A stretch of DNA of 44,522 nt. It comes from a virus. Taxonomy: Duplodnaviria; Caudoviricetes. This document shows positions 35,242-44,522 of this stretch, piece after piece (position 1 is the first letter of the stretch; each line of letters opens with the position of its first letter). The DNA is taken from IMG/VR virus record IMGVR_UViG_3300005573_000142, positions 1 to 44,522 of that record. One strand, given 5' to 3'. Below the pieces are notes generated by a model that saw nothing but the letters and a program-made list of their open reading frames with translations, did no database searches and was not told the DNA's origin. The position numbers and the translations under genes are program-made.

Positions 35242-35602
35242 TGATGGCTCTATTGATTTATTAGGAAAACAAGGAGCCACTTGGGAACTAATTCTCACCC
35301 TTACTGACAACTTAGATAATCCAATAGACCTAACTAATTATACTGTAAGAGGACAAATTAGGAAGTCATATCAATCTTCAACCGCATATGATTTCATCTG
35401 TTCTATAATTGATGCTATAAATGGAAAAATAATTATTTCAATGCCAGCAAACCTGACAGCTTCTATACCAACAGCTGACGATAGTAATCCAAAGGCTCCA
35501 GATAATACTTATGTTTATGATATAGAAATTAAAAGCATAGATGGTGTAGTTACCCGTATCCTTGAAGGCAGGTTATATGTTGACCCAGAGGTAACAAAAT
35601 GA
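35216..35602 (+). CDS. virion structural protein (Ig-like tail-associated)
   Basis: QGATW, PIDLT.YT.R.QIR, YVYDIE, RILEG...V.PEVT. Confidence 0.7.
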   Translation: MLTVAKQNSDGSIDLLGKQGATWELILTLTDNLDNPIDLTNYTVRGQIRKSYQSSTAYDFICSIIDAINGKIIISMPANLTASIPTADDSNPKAPDNTYVYDIEIKSIDGVVTRILEGRLYVDPEVTK

Positions 35603-35721
35603 ATATAACTGAAAATATAATAAGAGTTGTTGTAACATCGCCAACTCAAATTAAGATAGTTGTATTTCCAGCAGTATCAACTACGTCATTACCTCCAGTG
35701 ATAGATGGAGGAACATTATAA
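35599..35721 (+). CDS. small protein, 40 aa, ending IDGGTL (not in ORF track)
   Basis: ATGA overlap with the upstream gene; MNITENIIRVVVTSPTQIKIVVFPAVSTTSLPPVIDGGTL*. Confidence 0.65.
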   Translation: MNITENIIRVVVTSPTQIKIVVFPAVSTTSLPPVIDGGTL

Positions 35722-35733
35722 GGGAGGTGTATT

Positions 35734-36759
35734 ATGCCTAAAATTCAGGTTAGGAGAGGTACGAATCCAATAGGAACCCAATTGGATTCTGGAGAGTTTG
35801 GGTTTAAAACAGACACAAATGAAGTAGCAATTGGAACAGGAATAGGTTCTCAGCCAGTAAGAATTTCAACTTGGAAGGAGTATAATTCAAACTACACAAT
35901 ACTAACGGCTAATGTTGCCGAGACTCCAGTAGCTCTGCAAATAGGAACCAATACAGTAGTAGGAAGACTGGCTGACAACATAGTAGCTTTAACTGGCTCT
36001 GATATTTGGAGTATTATTAATGGGCAAAACTCAACAGCTATTAATGCTAACAATCAAAGAATAATAAATGTAGCTGCACCTATTGATTCGACTGATGTTG
36101 TCAACAAGAATTATGTTGATACTCTTGTATCTGGAGGACTTGCATTTCATGAGGCTGTCCTTGATAAAGATTTGACGGCTCCACCATCTAATCCAAGTGT
36201 AGGAGATAGATATTGGATAGCTCCTTCGGCTATTGGGGATTGGACTGGTAAGGATTATAAAATAGCAATTTGGAATGGAACCTCTTGGAATTTTGAAGAC
36301 ATTACTAATGGAGATGCTGCTTTTGTAGCAGATGAAAACCTGTTCTATTTCTATGATGCAGGCGCCCTTGATGACAAAAGGCGGAAATTATCAGCAGGAA
36401 TGGGAACTCATGCTTCAACCCACTATTCAGGCGGAACTGACCCCATTGATGTAAAAGATTTAGCAGATAGTAATAATAATCTTCTTCAGCATGCCTTTTC
36501 AACTAAGGGGCAAATTCTTGTAGCAACTGGAAGTGGAACATGGACAGCCTTGCCCGTAGGCACCGATGGGCAAATTCTTACAGCTGATTCAACTCAGGAG
36601 AGCGGAGTAAAATGGGCTACAGGAGGAGGTTCTACAACATTTATTGGGTTAACTGATACTCCAAGTTCATACACTGGGTATGCAGATTATTTTGTAAAAG
36701 TTAATGCTACTGCAGATGCCCTTGAGTTTACAAATACAATAGATGGAGGGACTCTATAA
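35734..36759 (+). CDS. tail fibre protein with DUF2793-like segment
   Basis: IQVRRG..GEFGF.TDT N-terminus; D.VNKNYVD; PP.NP..GDRY.I...A.G.W.G....IA.W....W.F. Confidence 0.78.
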   Translation: MPKIQVRRGTNPIGTQLDSGEFGFKTDTNEVAIGTGIGSQPVRISTWKEYNSNYTILTANVAETPVALQIGTNTVVGRLADNIVALTGSDIWSIINGQNSTAINANNQRIINVAAPIDSTDVVNKNYVDTLVSGGLAFHEAVLDKDLTAPPSNPSVGDRYWIAPSAIGDWTGKDYKIAIWNGTSWNFEDITNGDAAFVADENLFYFYDAGALDDKRRKLSAGMGTHASTHYSGGTDPIDVKDLADSNNNLLQHAFSTKGQILVATGSGTWTALPVGTDGQILTADSTQESGVKWATGGGSTTFIGLTDTPSSYTGYADYFVKVNATADALEFTNTIDGGTL

Positions 36760-37049
36760 TGCAGCAGGCTACAATTGCTAATGACGCTGTTTTATCCGTA
36801 GACGATTTAATAATGAAGATAGGAGTTCTTACAGTTGAAAAAATGGAATTAGAGAAAAAGCTCATTAATACTAACAAAATAGAAGAAGAATATAAAAAGC
36901 TTGTAGTTAGGGAGCAGGATTTAGTTAATCAGCTTAATGAAATATCAAAGAAATATAATGAACTATCAGAGGCATTAAATCAAGAAAGATTGAAAGTATC
37001 AGAATTAGAAGGAAAGTTAAATGATTATAAGATTAAAAAGAGGAACTAA
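36759..37049 (+). CDS. coiled-coil protein (fibre-associated)
   Basis: Coupled to the fibre gene; heptad pattern. Confidence 0.7.
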   Translation: MQQATIANDAVLSVDDLIMKIGVLTVEKMELEKKLINTNKIEEEYKKLVVREQDLVNQLNEISKKYNELSEALNQERLKVSELEGKLNDYKIKKRN

Positions 37050-38058
37050 AGCACAAATACAGAGTGCCATATTACAAATTGGTGAGCCTGCTCTTGCCAC
37101 TGATACTAATGAATTAGTTATTCAAGGAAATTCAGAAAAAATTTTTATATCAACAAATGCTGATACAGTTGATGGATATCATCTCGACCAAGATGTTCGA
37201 ACAGTAGCTTCTCCTACTTTTGCTGGCTTGACGCTTTCTGGGTTAGCACAAGGTTCAATTCCTTTTGCTGGTTCTGGTGGAGTCGTTTCACAAAATAATG
37301 CTAATCTCTTTTGGGATAACACAAACAAAAGACTTGGCATCGGGACGGCGACACCTGCGGTTAGTCTTGTAGTTAATAACAACAACGACGCTTCTTATTT
37401 GAGAATTCAAGGATATGGTGACTCAGATAATTTTTCCGCTTTGGAGTTATGGAATTTAGATGGAACGAAAAAGTGGCAATTTGCTTTAAAATCATCTTCA
37501 GGTCAAGTTGGAGATTTTGCATTCTCACATTATGACGGAACTAATTGGAGTAACCCTTTTGTTATTACTGATACTGGCAACGTCGGCATTGGGACGACGA
37601 CGCCTCAAACCAAACTTCATGTTGTTAAGTCCAATGGTGCTGCTTATCTTAGAATTCAAGGAGTAAGCGATGGCGACAATTACGGTGCTTTAGAATTATG
37701 GAATGCTGATGGAAGTAATAAGTGGCAGGTTGCACACAAATCAATTGCAGGTCAAACTGGTAGCTTTAGTTTTGCTCATTTCGATGGAACATCTTGGTCT
37801 GCACCATTTACTATTACGAATTCTGGCAATGTTGGTATTGGGACGACGACGCCTGTTGGCAAGCTTCATGTGGCTGGCGACAATGCTATACCGTTTGCTA
37901 TGCAGGTAAGCACAGTTGCAGTTACAGCTCCAGGGGCAGGAATAGGCATGCTAAGATGGGAAGCAGGGACTATTCCCGGGACATTAAAGCTTGTTGCTTA
38001 TTCTGGAACAAGCACAACAGGAGTAACAATAGTTGATAATGTAGGAGGAGGTAACTAA
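37021..38058 (+). CDS. tail fibre protein with two 83-aa repeats
   Basis: IRLKRGT..GEPA..TDT N-terminus; NADTVDG; three GIGT.TP motifs. Confidence 0.82.
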   Translation: MIIRLKRGTKAQIQSAILQIGEPALATDTNELVIQGNSEKIFISTNADTVDGYHLDQDVRTVASPTFAGLTLSGLAQGSIPFAGSGGVVSQNNANLFWDNTNKRLGIGTATPAVSLVVNNNNDASYLRIQGYGDSDNFSALELWNLDGTKKWQFALKSSSGQVGDFAFSHYDGTNWSNPFVITDTGNVGIGTTTPQTKLHVVKSNGAAYLRIQGVSDGDNYGALELWNADGSNKWQVAHKSIAGQTGSFSFAHFDGTSWSAPFTITNSGNVGIGTTTPVGKLHVAGDNAIPFAMQVSTVAVTAPGAGIGMLRWEAGTIPGTLKLVAYSGTSTTGVTIVDNVGGGN

Positions 38059-38255
38059 TGTTTGACAAAGATTATTATGAGCAGAAAAAACAAAGGCTTG
38101 AGCAAAGATTAGCTCAGAAAAAAGATATAGTTATTGCCCAAGTAACTCAAATCCTTAACCAGTTCTATATGGAGCAAAGCGAAATACTTACAGATCTCCA
38201 AGAAGTAGAAGCAAAATTCGCAGAGTTTTCAAAACAAGAAGAGATGCAGGAATGA
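38058..38255 (+). CDS. small coiled-coil protein (fibre-associated)
   Basis: GGAGG SD; coupled to the fibre gene. Confidence 0.7.
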   Translation: MFDKDYYEQKKQRLEQRLAQKKDIVIAQVTQILNQFYMEQSEILTDLQEVEAKFAEFSKQEEMQE

Positions 38256-38283
38256 CTGATTCAAAAAATTAATAGGAGAATAA

Positions 38284-38424
38284 ATGCCCCGTATTTTAGA
38301 AAGATGCGTGAAGAAAGTGCAAAAGAAAGGATACTCCAAAAATTCCGCCTATGCTATTTGCTCTGTAAGTACAGGATATAAAAGGGCAAAAGGCGGTAAA
38401 TGGAGGAAAACTAAAAAAGGATGA
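38284..38424 (+). CDS. small basic protein, 46 aa (not in ORF track)
   Basis: AGGAG SD; MPRILERCVKKVQKKGYSKNSAYAICSVSTGYKRAKGGKWRKTKKG*; ATGA overlap with the next gene. Confidence 0.7.
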   Translation: MPRILERCVKKVQKKGYSKNSAYAICSVSTGYKRAKGGKWRKTKKG

Positions 38425-40769
38425 AAATAACAAGATGGAAAGGGGCTACTGAAAAAGGATTATTAAGAGAGCCTTTAAAAAGACAATTAATAAAAAGGCT
38501 GGAACAAAGTGGATTAGACTTTGCACATGGATGGGTGCATGAAGAAGACGGCTCAATTCATGTTGTAAAAAATGCAGATAATATTATAGCCGATGTAGTT
38601 TATGAAGAAGAAATTCCAGAAATTCCAGCCCTACAAGAGCATGAAAGATATGTGTGGCTTGAATTCACCAATCTTATAGTAGACTGCCCTAGATTCCCAC
38701 GGGGTGCTTCGGCCCAACAAGAAGATTGTAGTTGTGACTATTATGAATTACGAGATATCGGTTTCTACAAGGAATACCATATGTGTCATGGAATACGAAT
38801 TATAGAACAACCTACATATATTCTATTTATAGAACACAATGGAGTTTTAAAGTTGGCAGGGGCTCACTCTTTAGCTGGGTGCCCTATTTACCACTTTGGT
38901 ACACTGCCCTATTCTCTTGCGTATGCTATTAAGTCAATGTTAAATGGTATTTCTATATTGCCTTTTGATTTACATCGCACACTTTACGATTATGTAGGCT
39001 CATTACACCCAAACGCTACTTGGATATATGCCCCAACCTCGGATATAATTATTGACCAAGAAAACCCCTTCAACTTAATGTATATCCTCACCATTTGGGC
39101 TCGAGTTTCCTCAGATACAGATGGTGACGGTGATAAAGATATTTCAACTTATTATTACTACAATTTTGGAATTCCTATAACTTTAGTTAGAGTAGGAAGG
39201 ACGGAACTTGGTAGAGGTACTTCCCCGGAGGGCAGCCTATGGAATCTCCCATTGGTAACTGATTTCGTATTCAATCAAACTCATCATTATGGATTTTCTG
39301 ATTCTTCAATTCTGTGGTGGTTAAATCCCAATTTTACTTCTTCATATTTTGGTGGATACAATTTTTATTATATACCTATGGAAGATTCTTGGTACCCAGA
39401 CACACCAGATTATATTTATTCAAGTTCTGTTATTAAATCTGATGGCATGTTTCCAACATTTAGAGTGGGAGACCCATATAATTGGCTTATTAAACCATTC
39501 GTACCATTTATATATACTCTGATGCCAATAATAGGTAATTTTATCTTGCTGGATTCGCCTCAAATACGAACTTGCCCTTACACAGGAACTACTGGGTGTA
39601 CAGGGCGTGAGGAAAGTAATCCGTCATTTGAGTTAATCAATGGTGTTGTATATCGCACCAGAGATTTTTATTCTCCAACTTATCATTTGTTTACTAATCA
39701 TGCCGTTAAAACTTTTAAAAATTATGCTCTTGGGCTGGAAAATCTATTACAACTACATGGAACTTTCGACGATGGAGACAAAAGTGTTGTTTATTATACT
39801 CCTATATCTGACTTTCATTCTGATTTTATTAATGTTGCTTCAGACAAAGGGCTTTTCCCAAGTGAAACTGAGAGTTACTTTTCTATTGAGTATAACAGAT
39901 GGTGGAATAATGGTGATTGGGAAGTAGGATATACTGGTCATAAAAGATTATACATTTATCCAAATCTTATGCAATTAGATTTTGCTTTAGGGCATAGAAT
40001 TTATTCTGTTTATGACGCAGCTGATACACAGTATAACAGTATAGTTGAAAATTATGCAATTGAGGCGTTGGGGATAAATAGAACACAAACTTCTATATTT
40101 GGATTTATAAAGAATGAATTTGATGATAGCCTTATAGTATATGATGAACTGAATAAACCTTTTGGTCTTCCTTTCTGGAAAGGTGGGTTATGTAATTCTT
40201 CTTATTTTGGCAAGACTGACATGGTAGCAAACAGATGTGACCCAGAACACCCTACTATGTATATCCAATGGAGCTTCACCTCGTCTGAATTAAATTTCAA
40301 ATTGATTGGCGATGATTTATGGATGGCGGAATCAGGTTTTATTTTTTTATTTACCTGTTCAACAAAAAATGCACCTTGGCATGGGGAATCTTCTGATGAA
40401 TATGCAATACCATTTAATAATAGAATTCCAGTTAATGTGATAGAACCAATGAGGCTGCTGGATAAGGGAGGCACTTTATATCCAGAAATACATACAAAGA
40501 GGTTGAGAAAGTTTAACTTCTGCTTTAATAATGGGCTGTTTAAAATTTATTGCGGCTTATCAGAGAACTTAGATGATTATGTATTTTTGGATAATGGGCT
40601 GGCTGAAGAATGCTTTCCTCCACCAGTAATCCCCGCCCGACACTCTTCTATAATGAGTTTTTTAAGAGGAGTTCATATACTTGGCGAGAAAGGATATGAA
40701 TATTTTTCATTCTGGGAGGATGAGCAAGATTTTACTAAACAATACCCTCCAATTAAACCAATGATATAA
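38421..40769 (+). CDS. large hypothetical protein, probably virion/tail-associated
   Basis: 782 aa, aromatic-rich, in the structural module; no motif recognised. Confidence 0.75.
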   Translation: MKITRWKGATEKGLLREPLKRQLIKRLEQSGLDFAHGWVHEEDGSIHVVKNADNIIADVVYEEEIPEIPALQEHERYVWLEFTNLIVDCPRFPRGASAQQEDCSCDYYELRDIGFYKEYHMCHGIRIIEQPTYILFIEHNGVLKLAGAHSLAGCPIYHFGTLPYSLAYAIKSMLNGISILPFDLHRTLYDYVGSLHPNATWIYAPTSDIIIDQENPFNLMYILTIWARVSSDTDGDGDKDISTYYYYNFGIPITLVRVGRTELGRGTSPEGSLWNLPLVTDFVFNQTHHYGFSDSSILWWLNPNFTSSYFGGYNFYYIPMEDSWYPDTPDYIYSSSVIKSDGMFPTFRVGDPYNWLIKPFVPFIYTLMPIIGNFILLDSPQIRTCPYTGTTGCTGREESNPSFELINGVVYRTRDFYSPTYHLFTNHAVKTFKNYALGLENLLQLHGTFDDGDKSVVYYTPISDFHSDFINVASDKGLFPSETESYFSIEYNRWWNNGDWEVGYTGHKRLYIYPNLMQLDFALGHRIYSVYDAADTQYNSIVENYAIEALGINRTQTSIFGFIKNEFDDSLIVYDELNKPFGLPFWKGGLCNSSYFGKTDMVANRCDPEHPTMYIQWSFTSSELNFKLIGDDLWMAESGFIFLFTCSTKNAPWHGESSDEYAIPFNNRIPVNVIEPMRLLDKGGTLYPEIHTKRLRKFNFCFNNGLFKIYCGLSENLDDYVFLDNGLAEECFPPPVIPARHSSIMSFLRGVHILGEKGYEYFSFWEDEQDFTKQYPPIKPMI

Positions 40770-40791
40770 TTTATTGATAGGAGGGTGAAAT

Positions 40792-42777
40792 ATGTCTACT
40801 GAATGTAATTTAGCTGGTGATTGGGCTTTAAGCCACGGTTTTATACCAGCAGAAGCAACAAGTGTTGTAAATACTTATTTAGCTACATTATCTAACTATG
40901 CATCTAATACATTTAAAGCATTACAGGACTATTTATATAAACAAGACTCAGAACTTCCAAAGATAGAATACAGTATTCCAACAAGAAGTTTCCCACTTAA
41001 TGTATCAGTAGATATTAAGGATGAAACAAATTTTAATAATACTGTAAATGAAATAATGTCTCAGATAAATACTATTATGCAGTCCATGTCTTCCACTCAG
41101 CTGCCTAATGTTCCTTCACTGCCAGACTTAACTTGGAATGTAAATGGGGTATCTATCCCAAATGAACCTGCTCAACCAACAATACAATTCCCACAGGCTC
41201 CTACCATACAAGATATAACACTTGGCAGTATGCCCCAAATTAATCTCAGAAATGATTACCCATCAATTCCTGAATCTCCTTTATTTAAATTTCCAGATAA
41301 ACCTACTCTAATTGATGTAGAAATTCCAGAACCAGCTCATATAAATTTTGATGATTTTGAAAATTTAATGGCAAGGATAAATAGTGAAATTGATAATTAT
41401 AGAGTAACTGTAAATCAATTAGAAGGATTTCTACAAACGGCGTATTCTGAATTAAAAACAAACCTTCCTGAAAAGCCAGATTTTAATAGTATTGTATCTA
41501 CACTTTCTGAACTGAAAGAACCAGTATATATAGATAGAATTGATACAGATATGAGGTCGTATGCCCAGCACACCACAGATAAAGCTGTTATTGATTTTCT
41601 TAATAAATCACAACGAGGCTTTACATTGCCCCCAGCTTTTACTGCAGCAATGGTAGCTGATTTGTATGGTACAGCTCGGGATAAAAAGATGGATATAATT
41701 CTTGATTTTAGTAAACTCAGACTGACCACAGAGTCAGAAAATAGAAGGCTGTTCTTTCAATTATGGAGCCAACTTCTTCAGTATGTAAAGGATTATGAGA
41801 TAAAATATATTTCTACTTTGATGGAATTTGATAATTTCATACTTAAAGGGCTAACTACAATAGCTGAGACAAAGAGAAATATTGTAGAGATGTTACTGGT
41901 GGTACTACAAAGATTAGAAACATATATTGAAGTTATAATGAAATATTACAATTTGAAATATGATTACATAAAGCTCAAGCTATCAATGAATCAGGCACTT
42001 GTGGATACCTATAAGACGGAAATTACAGCAGAAGCATCAAAACTTGAAGCATACAGAACATTACTTGAAGGCACCAGATTACACACTCAAATTCTCACTG
42101 AAATAAATAATAATGAGAAAATAAAGATAGAACTCTACGAAGCAGATATAAGAGCTAAATCTTTAATAATGCAGGCTCAGCAGACTAAAGTGGCTTTATA
42201 TGAAGCCATGATGAGAGGGGAGACAGAAAAAATAAATATGTATAGAGCATTACTTGAATCATATAGAACAAAGATAGATGCTTCTGTTGCCATTCTTGAG
42301 GCTCAGGTAAAAAGTCTCTTAGGGAGAGCTGATTTTGAAAAGAGTAAAGCAACAACATATACAGCACTTATAGAAGCATATAATTCAAAACTCAGGGCTT
42401 ATGCTAATACTATCTCAGCTCTTGGCTCAACTGTCTCACCTCTTGGGGATATATATAGAGCCTTAATACAAAAAGCAACAACAGAAGGGCAGCTTAAAAT
42501 CTCAGCTCAGGAAGTAGCTGGTAGGTTAACTGTATCTTCTGATGATGTAAATGCAAGGGCATACGAATCATTAGTTAGGTTATATACTACACAGGCATCT
42601 GTAATTACCGATAAAATGAGAGGAATAGTATCATCTCTTGCTCAGATTTGTTCTGCTTCTTTAAGTGCTATTCATGTAGCTGCACAAGTTACTGCTTCTG
42701 CTCATGATTCAATATCAGAGACATATTCTAAGGCAAAATCTGATAGCTGCGTACAGCAGTATATAGAAAGCGTATAA
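40792..42777 (+). CDS. virion structural protein, Pro-rich linker plus long helical region
   Basis: 661 aa; RGFTLPP motif; Ala/Glu/Tyr heptads. Confidence 0.7.
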   Translation: MSTECNLAGDWALSHGFIPAEATSVVNTYLATLSNYASNTFKALQDYLYKQDSELPKIEYSIPTRSFPLNVSVDIKDETNFNNTVNEIMSQINTIMQSMSSTQLPNVPSLPDLTWNVNGVSIPNEPAQPTIQFPQAPTIQDITLGSMPQINLRNDYPSIPESPLFKFPDKPTLIDVEIPEPAHINFDDFENLMARINSEIDNYRVTVNQLEGFLQTAYSELKTNLPEKPDFNSIVSTLSELKEPVYIDRIDTDMRSYAQHTTDKAVIDFLNKSQRGFTLPPAFTAAMVADLYGTARDKKMDIILDFSKLRLTTESENRRLFFQLWSQLLQYVKDYEIKYISTLMEFDNFILKGLTTIAETKRNIVEMLLVVLQRLETYIEVIMKYYNLKYDYIKLKLSMNQALVDTYKTEITAEASKLEAYRTLLEGTRLHTQILTEINNNEKIKIELYEADIRAKSLIMQAQQTKVALYEAMMRGETEKINMYRALLESYRTKIDASVAILEAQVKSLLGRADFEKSKATTYTALIEAYNSKLRAYANTISALGSTVSPLGDIYRALIQKATTEGQLKISAQEVAGRLTVSSDDVNARAYESLVRLYTTQASVITDKMRGIVSSLAQICSASLSAIHVAAQVTASAHDSISETYSKAKSDSCVQQYIESV

Positions 42778-42797
42778 AATCATAGGAGGTAAATAGT

Positions 42798-43559
42798 ATG
42801 AAACTTACAGAATTTGCAAAACAACAGTTAATGCAAGGGAAGGATTTAAGGGAGCTGCTCGAAAGGTTTGTTATTAATATTTATGAAGGAACAGCCCCAG
42901 CAACAGCAGAAACAGGTGTTAGTAATAATAATCTTCTTGTAACACTTACTGCGGATGGAAATCCGATAAACGGAACTGATACAGACCAGATAACCAAAGT
43001 TACATGTAATTTAGCCAATGTAGGAGATTCATTTACCGTAAACATTAATAGCACATCTTATACATACCAGAGTGTTAGTGGTGATAATAATCTTAAGATA
43101 TTAACAGCACTTGAAGGGCTTATGAAATTTGATACCGCTGTTAATGTTATGTGCGTCCCAATTTCGTCTACTGATGGAATTTTATGTCTTAAATCAAAGT
43201 ACATAGGCACCGCATTTACAGTCACAGTTTCAGCAACTGGCTCCAGCACAATAACTAAAGAGGATGTTCAGTCTGCCGTACAGGGTTCTAATTATTGTAG
43301 ATATACCTATGATTCAGAAACTGGAAGGCTCACTATTCCAAGTGGAACAGTATGGAAAGGAACTGGCATAAAAGATGGAACTGCTACATTCTTTAGAATA
43401 TTAACACCGGGGGATGATGGAACTCAGAATAAGAGCGATGTCGTCAGAATTCAAGGCACAGTCGGCACATTTGGAACCGATATGATTCTTACATCAACAG
43501 CGATATACCAAAGTGGTGTTGTATCAATAACTTCCTCTTTCTTTACTATAACTGTATAG
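42798..43559 (+). CDS. virion structural (tail) protein
   Basis: IYEG..PATA, GTATFFRI, RIQGTVGT.G.DM. Confidence 0.7.
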   Translation: MKLTEFAKQQLMQGKDLRELLERFVINIYEGTAPATAETGVSNNNLLVTLTADGNPINGTDTDQITKVTCNLANVGDSFTVNINSTSYTYQSVSGDNNLKILTALEGLMKFDTAVNVMCVPISSTDGILCLKSKYIGTAFTVTVSATGSSTITKEDVQSAVQGSNYCRYTYDSETGRLTIPSGTVWKGTGIKDGTATFFRILTPGDDGTQNKSDVVRIQGTVGTFGTDMILTSTAIYQSGVVSITSSFFTITV

Positions 43560-43564
43560 GAGGA

Positions 43565-43620
43565 AATTAAATCGGTTTAATTTCTCAGGCTGATTTCTGG
43601 GGAATTAAACCGATTTAATT
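43565..43620. promoter_or_regulatory. inverted pair of palindromes (copies 12 and 13)
   Basis: AATTAAATCGGTTTAATT-20 nt-AATTAAACCGATTTAATT. Confidence 0.9.
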
Positions 43621-43624
43621 AATC

Positions 43625-44522
43625 ATGGCAGATTTTTATATAAGTAGTTATATAATAACATATGAATCAACTGAATCAACTACATTAAACTTATCCTATA
43701 CTCTTTACTTTATTATTAGTGACCAGACTCTTATACTGTCACATGAAGCTTCAATCACATACACTCAAACAAATGAGGGTACTTCTGGCAGTGTTGGAAC
43801 CTGTAATTTAAATTTGAATTATACTTATGATATATCTGTTAATGTGAGCAGCTGTCTAAGTTATGGAATTGTACCCAGACCAAAGGCAATGCAATTATTA
43901 TATAATGACTTGGGTGTGTTGGTAAGAAATGGAGAATATATCGTTGGGGTAAACAAAAATTATTTTGTGACCCAAGTATACCCAGATGCACCATGTAAAC
44001 CTGCAGGGAACGAATATAAATTTAAAATATATAGAAAAGATAAAGATAAAATAAAACAAAAGGCTAATATAAATATATATGCTGATTTAACATATGAGCT
44101 TAATTATACAACTATTAATTATCTCATAAAGCCTGTTTTACTTGGTGAAAAGCACGCTATAATTCCTATTGCTACCACCAAAGAACAGCCAGCATACAAT
44201 CACACAAATGTAAATGGAGTATATTTATTCTATCCACCTTTGAATGAAAAGAAAGCCCTATGTGGGCTCTATACGATAGATTTGGAAAAGGAGCCTGTTG
44301 AGACTACACTTCATTTTAATACATTAGATATAAATAAAAGACATTTTACTGCAATAACCAATACCTTATTCCCAGCTATTTCAGCAACCTTTACTGGTGA
44401 GGCATACATACAATTTTTAAATTGTATTTTTATTGAGCCTAATATTGTAAAAACTCATATTGGTATGGATGGTGATGTGTTACTCACCGATATAAAAGGA
44501 GCTGTGCATTATTTACCAATAA
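43625..44522 (+). CDS. hypothetical protein, truncated by window end (at least 299 aa)
   Basis: Frame from ATG 43625 (MADFYISSYIITYES...) stays open to the end of the window. Confidence 0.8.
   Translation, partial: MADFYISSYIITYESTESTTLNLSYTLYFIISDQTLILSHEASITYTQTNEGTSGSVGTCNLNLNYTYDISVNVSSCLSYGIVPRPKAMQLLYNDLGVLVRNGEYIVGVNKNYFVTQVYPDAPCKPAGNEYKFKIYRKDKDKIKQKANINIYADLTYELNYTTINYLIKPVLLGEKHAIIPIATTKEQPAYNHTNVNGVYLFYPPLNEKKALCGLYTIDLEKEPVETTLHFNTLDINKRHFTAITNTLFPAISATFTGEAYIQFLNCIFIEPNIVKTHIGMDGDVLLTDIKGAVHYLPI

Noticed and set aside
37021-38058. Diversity-generating retroelement targeting the tail fibre
   Set aside because: There is no reverse transcriptase, and the repeats differ at all base types rather than only at adenines.
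878-43249. Short ORFs in the track that are antisense to or nested in long genes (e.g. 2488..2820, 6007..6552, 18837..19202, 31909..32286, 33616..33882, 41415..41729)
   Set aside because: They are shadow frames of well-supported genes, with no SD or recognisable motifs.

Overview
This window is a large, apparently incomplete, AT-rich genome fragment of a tailed dsDNA bacteriophage. It is probably podovirus-like, since no tape-measure gene is recognisable, and probably infects a Gram-negative host (lytic transglycosylase plus spanin-like genes). No integrase is visible. Layout: (i) a leftward operon (4454->298) with a DUF1874/AcrIII-1-like protein, a sigma70-like factor without an obvious region 4, a UDG-DNA polymerase A fusion and a winged-HTH Rep-like protein; (ii) a rightward replication/recombination block (4589-16690) with a Ycf46-type AAA+ ATPase, DUF1257- and DUF2997-like genes, DnaB, primase, SSB, SF2 helicase, RecA, two nucleases and TerS; (iii) an early/accessory island and a repeat-rich non-coding region (16.7-21.95 kb); (iv) TerL, portal, scaffold, capsid, lysis and tail genes, running off the right end. 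The strongest non-coding signal is an 18-bp palindrome, AATTAAA-(T/C)CG(A/G)-TTTAATT. I found 13 copies, all at gene junctions or in non-coding DNA, some built into larger hairpins that overlap ribosome-binding sites. Other signals are a triplicated leader with a covarying hairpin, an iteron-like array and a 41/41/41-bp inverted repeat. All protein family calls come from reading motifs by eye, not from database searches.
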